A program made the position numbers and the translations under genes. DNA of 36,962 bases from a virus (lineage: Duplodnaviria; Caudoviricetes), in the IMG/VR virus record IMGVR_UViG_3300023092_000047, positions 1 through 36,962 of that record. One strand, given 5' to 3'. A model generated the notes under the pieces. That model made no database searches and was not told the DNA's origin. It was given only the letters and a program-made list of their open reading frames with translations. Below, one piece after another: positions 33,937 to 36,962 of the stretch. How positions within the stretch are numbered: position 1 is the stretch's first letter; every line of letters starts with the position of its first letter.

Positions 33937-34228
33937 AATTACAAAGTTGGTATACAAAATTACAACTTAATTACAAATAAATTACAAAGTTGAGAGGTCT
34001 AAATCAGCCTTTAAATATGTTTAAAGTGTGTTTTTTATATAAAATTACAAAGATTACAAAGTTTATATATAATTACGCGCAAAAAAGTATATTTATACTT
34101 GTAGTACTACTTCAAGTTTGTAATTTCTGTAATTTATGCTTTAACATATTGTTTTATAGATATTTGCAATTTTAAACTTTGTAATTAAGTTGTAATAACT
34201 TTGTAATTTCGATTACAACTTTGTAATT
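33937..34228. repeat. Probable replication origin: converging arrays of ATTACAA / TTGTAAT repeats around an AT-rich core
   Basis: At least six ATTACAA copies in 33937-34060 and about six inverted copies in 34118-34228; abuts the helicase stop. Confidence 0.7.
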
Positions 34229-35630
34229 ATTTCTTTATGAAATTATAGTGTCTTACTGACTGATAAATATAATCTGAGCATGAATAACCATTACTTTCGG
34301 CATAAGCAGATACCCATTTAGTAAATGTTTGCTTAGAAAACCATTTAAAGCCTTTGTATTCATCGAACTCATATACGAACCTATCAAATAGCGCGGCTTT
34401 ACCTACGGTCTGGAAATCGAACCCTTCCATGAAATTAAGGAAATCTACAGATGTTTCTGCAGCCAGGCGTTTACCTTTAAGGTTAATGAACTCCTGTTTT
34501 ACTAACCCATGTCGTAAATAGAACTGGCAGCATTCGAACATAAAAGCGTCAAATTCACTAAAATCTGAATCGGACCAATCGTGAAACATCATTTTACCGA
34601 ATTCATCAAATGGCGTTTTAGATTTATTATAGTATTGAGCTATCTCTAGTTCATGCCTGCGACGCTCGTGGCTATTGCCGCTACCCCTTATGGCATAGTT
34701 TGTTGTGATAACTATTTTAGGGCTGTCATGGAAGGGATAATGTATCTCAGCTAAGCCTTTCTTCTCTACATTGATGCCGTCGGTAAGAACCGAGAAAAGA
34801 CGCTCAAAGTCGAATGACTTATTAACATCCTGGAATGATATGAGTTTAGTATCTGCGTTTACGCGTTGGTATACAAATGATTTATCGAAAGTAAATGTTT
34901 TACCTTCTATCACGACTGTTGATAGGTATTGTTCAACGGCTTTGAGTAATAATCCTTTGCCCGTACCTCCTTCCGGGTGATCTGATATGACCTCGTCATT
35001 GAGTATTACAGCCGGAGAGTAGGCGGGATTTTTATAATTATGCATTAGGTATCCTAAAGTAGAGCAAATGGCTTTGTACCTTTCTGCGTCATGATTGGAT
35101 ATATTCCAGCAAAAAGTTTTAAAGTCTGAACCGGGGATGGTATCTGGGTTAAATTCTCGTTGTATAATCTGGCTTTCCCAAATATAGCCGATCATTTTTG
35201 TGTATGGGAAAGTAGTAATTTTTTCTTTTGTTATCTTAACGATGCAATTTTGGAAATATAGTTGCATGACATCTTTAAGATCTTTTTTAAATTCTACTTC
35301 TTTCGCAGGCAATGTTTCTAAAAATTCATCATTTACACATTTACCTATGTTTTTCAAAAAGAACTCATATATATGCGCTCCTTCCTCTTTTTTAATGAAG
35401 TCCAATATATCATCCTTCATGTCTTTTTTACCTACCTCAGAGACGATATTGTCTATTATCCTGATGTAGATATGTTTCTGTTTAGACGTTCGGAATAAGT
35501 AGTATCCGCGTGTTGTTAAAAATCCGGCAATGTCGATGTAATTAAATTCCCATCCTCCATTTGATTTCGGCCTCCATAATGTAAAGTGGGCAAATTTCCT
35601 TTGCGCCGCTAAGTGTACTAGGTTAAGCAT
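34227..35630 (-). CDS. SF3/D5-like replicative helicase (primase-helicase C-terminal type P-loop NTPase)
   Basis: GGTGKG Walker A, ISFQDV Walker B, VEKKG, IVITTNY motif C, SHERR Arg finger. Confidence 0.88.
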   Translation of the reverse strand: MLNLVHLAAQRKFAHFTLWRPKSNGGWEFNYIDIAGFLTTRGYYLFRTSKQKHIYIRIIDNIVSEVGKKDMKDDILDFIKKEEGAHIYEFFLKNIGKCVNDEFLETLPAKEVEFKKDLKDVMQLYFQNCIVKITKEKITTFPYTKMIGYIWESQIIQREFNPDTIPGSDFKTFCWNISNHDAERYKAICSTLGYLMHNYKNPAYSPAVILNDEVISDHPEGGTGKGLLLKAVEQYLSTVVIEGKTFTFDKSFVYQRVNADTKLISFQDVNKSFDFERLFSVLTDGINVEKKGLAEIHYPFHDSPKIVITTNYAIRGSGNSHERRRHELEIAQYYNKSKTPFDEFGKMMFHDWSDSDFSEFDAFMFECCQFYLRHGLVKQEFINLKGKRLAAETSVDFLNFMEGFDFQTVGKAALFDRFVYEFDEYKGFKWFSKQTFTKWVSAYAESNGYSCSDYIYQSVRHYNFIKK

Positions 35631-36962
35631 ATTTCTGAATTAAGTGTTTTAATAAATAAGGTCTAAGCTCCCATCCGGCCTGATCGTATATTTTAGGTAG
35701 TGCTGACCTGAGCATATCTATTTTATCAGCGGGTTCTAAAGGTAGCTTTTTAATGTTTGAAACTACTGTCTGAATAGCAGATTCTAACGATAATTGTGAG
35801 TTTTTTTTAACTGGTTTATCAGGCATAATATTGAGTTCCAATATCATATCTGAAAATACTGTTTCTCTAGGCATTTCATGACCGCATATATGGCATTTAG
35901 TAGCGGCCATGTAAATGGTGGCCGTACATTCAGGGCATTCCTTCATGGGTGCCGCTCCTTCTCCTGGGATATCTGGATATAAAAAATATTGTTCCCAATT
36001 GTGATGCTGATCCCAAAATCCATGTCCTTCGCCTTGTATGTTATCCCCTAAATCTATCGCTAACCAAAAGTCTTTATCTGGATATATTCTGGCACCACGA
36101 CCTAAGCACTGCAGCCAAAGCGTTAGCGATTTAGTAGAACGATTGAATATAACAGCCTCTATGCTTGGTTCGTCAAAACCAGCGGTAAGGATACCTACGT
36201 TATTTAGTATTGCATCAGGTGTATTTTTAAACCACGCGAGTATTTCCCTGCGCTCTTCCTGACCTACTGATTTAGAGTCTAAACATTTTGAATTGTATCC
36301 TGCCGTTTTAAAGCAGTTATGCACCAATATGGAATGTTCTATTGTCGTGTTAAAAACAATCGTTTTACGGCCTTTACATAGCTTTTCATAGTTATGTATT
36401 ACAGCTTCAACCAATTTAGGTTTAGAAAATTCTGTAGACATAGCTGCCATGTTGTATTCCCCGGCTGTTTTCTTCATATTTTTTTTATCAACCCCGGTAT
36501 CAGGCGAGTAATGTATGCATGGTGTTAAGTTACCTCTATTTATTAGCTCTTTTATTGGGACGCTTGTAACAATAGTGTCGTAATCTACTTTCAATGGATG
36601 CTTTTTTGTCGCGCTGATTGGTGTTGCTGTGAAACCAATTATTATCGTTTCCAACTCCTTATAATGCTCAAATACCTTCTTAAAATTTCCAATATGGCAT
36701 TCATCAATTATAATCAGATCGTAATCCCTGATGCCATGTTTTTTAATATGGTTGCAGAAAGTTTCCACCATGTGAACTTTTATATGCGTAATGCCAAAAT
36801 TACGAAGTGTGTTTTCTGTTTGGGTCACGAGTTCTTCTCGGTGAACTATAATAGCTATTTTAGCATCTATATTCCTGGTTAAATAACGCTGAATTAGGTA
36901 AGACATCACGATTGTTTTACCACCTCCTGTAGCAAGCTGAACTAATATTGAGAGGTATTTTT
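35623..36962 (-). CDS. SF2 DEAD/DEAH helicase (YejH/RadD-like) with C-terminal Zn ribbon; continues across the window junction
   Basis: ATGGGKT (read upstream of the track's start), DECH, GFTATP, ILTAGFDEP, QCLGRGAR, CPEC...CHIC. Confidence 0.93.
   Translation of the reverse strand, partial: KYLSILVQLATGGGKTIVMSYLIQRYLTRNIDAKIAIIVHREELVTQTENTLRNFGITHIKVHMVETFCNHIKKHGIRDYDLIIIDECHIGNFKKVFEHYKELETIIIGFTATPISATKKHPLKVDYDTIVTSVPIKELINRGNLTPCIHYSPDTGVDKKNMKKTAGEYNMAAMSTEFSKPKLVEAVIHNYEKLCKGRKTIVFNTTIEHSILVHNCFKTAGYNSKCLDSKSVGQEERREILAWFKNTPDAILNNVGILTAGFDEPSIEAVIFNRSTKSLTLWLQCLGRGARIYPDKDFWLAIDLGDNIQGEGHGFWDQHHNWEQYFLYPDIPGEGAAPMKECPECTATIYMAATKCHICGHEMPRETVFSDMILELNIMPDKPVKKNSQLSLESAIQTVVSNIKKLPLEPADKIDMLRSALPKIYDQAGWELRPYLLKHLIQKYA

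Larger units (their letters stand above)
1..36962. mobile_element. Near-complete circularly permuted siphovirus-type phage genome, probable Bacteroidota host
   Basis: Full packaging, head, neck, tail, lysis, replication and recombination gene set. No host housekeeping genes. The helicase ORF runs across the end/start junction. Confidence 0.93.

Noticed and set aside
33990-34175. 61-aa + strand ORF in the track
   Set aside because: It is a translation of the repeat region (KITKITK, CNFCNLC), starting at TTG with no supporting context.
33937-34228. CRISPR-like array
   Set aside because: Repeats are 7-8 bp, irregularly spaced and in both orientations, with no spacer periodicity and no cas genes.
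670-36882. Many 60-150 aa antisense or nested ORFs in the track (e.g. 670..852, 2762..3013, 6027..6356, 19722..20048, 22182..22532, 27115..27453, 32194..32655, 36598..36882)
   Set aside because: They lie within or opposite well-supported genes, lack start context and look like shadow frames.
1-36962. Alternative genetic code or stop-codon reassignment
   Set aside because: Core genes are intact and densely packed under the standard code, and TAA, TAG and TGA all act as stops.

Overview
This window is an essentially complete, circularly permuted ~37 kb tailed-phage genome with a long non-contractile tail and an HK97-type head. The host is very probably a Bacteroidota: the sequence has TAnnTTTG -7 promoter elements, A-rich starts without Shine-Dalgarno motifs, a SprB-like repeat and signal peptides cleaved before Gln. 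The two ends join in frame inside an SF2 helicase gene. Modules, mostly on the - strand, are replication (CHC2/Toprim-like primase, SF2 helicase, SF3-like helicase, repeat-rich probable origin), recombination (Rad52/Sak-like annealase, YqaJ-type exonuclease), VRR-NUC, TerS/TerL, portal, gpF-like minor head, protease, capsid, neck, tail tube, frameshifted tail chaperone, tape measure, tail tip/fibres, an SGNH spike and a membrane-protein-rich lysis cassette. No integrase or CI-type repressor is recognisable. The main unannotated structure is an 18-bp palindrome, TGTAAC-N6-GTTACA, found by eye at 10 promoter regions. It lies exactly 21 bp upstream of the -7 element at six accessory-gene promoters, and it overlaps the -7 element or leader of five virion-gene promoters. 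This suggests one regulator that treats accessory and morphogenesis genes differently. Also notable are Sec-signal-bearing tail-fibre-like proteins, an uncalled 52-aa Cys/Trp peptide heading three membrane proteins upstream of the endolysin, an array of tiny transmembrane peptides, many apparently leaderless genes and a G-quadruplex-like tract. All family assignments come from motif recognition, not database searches.
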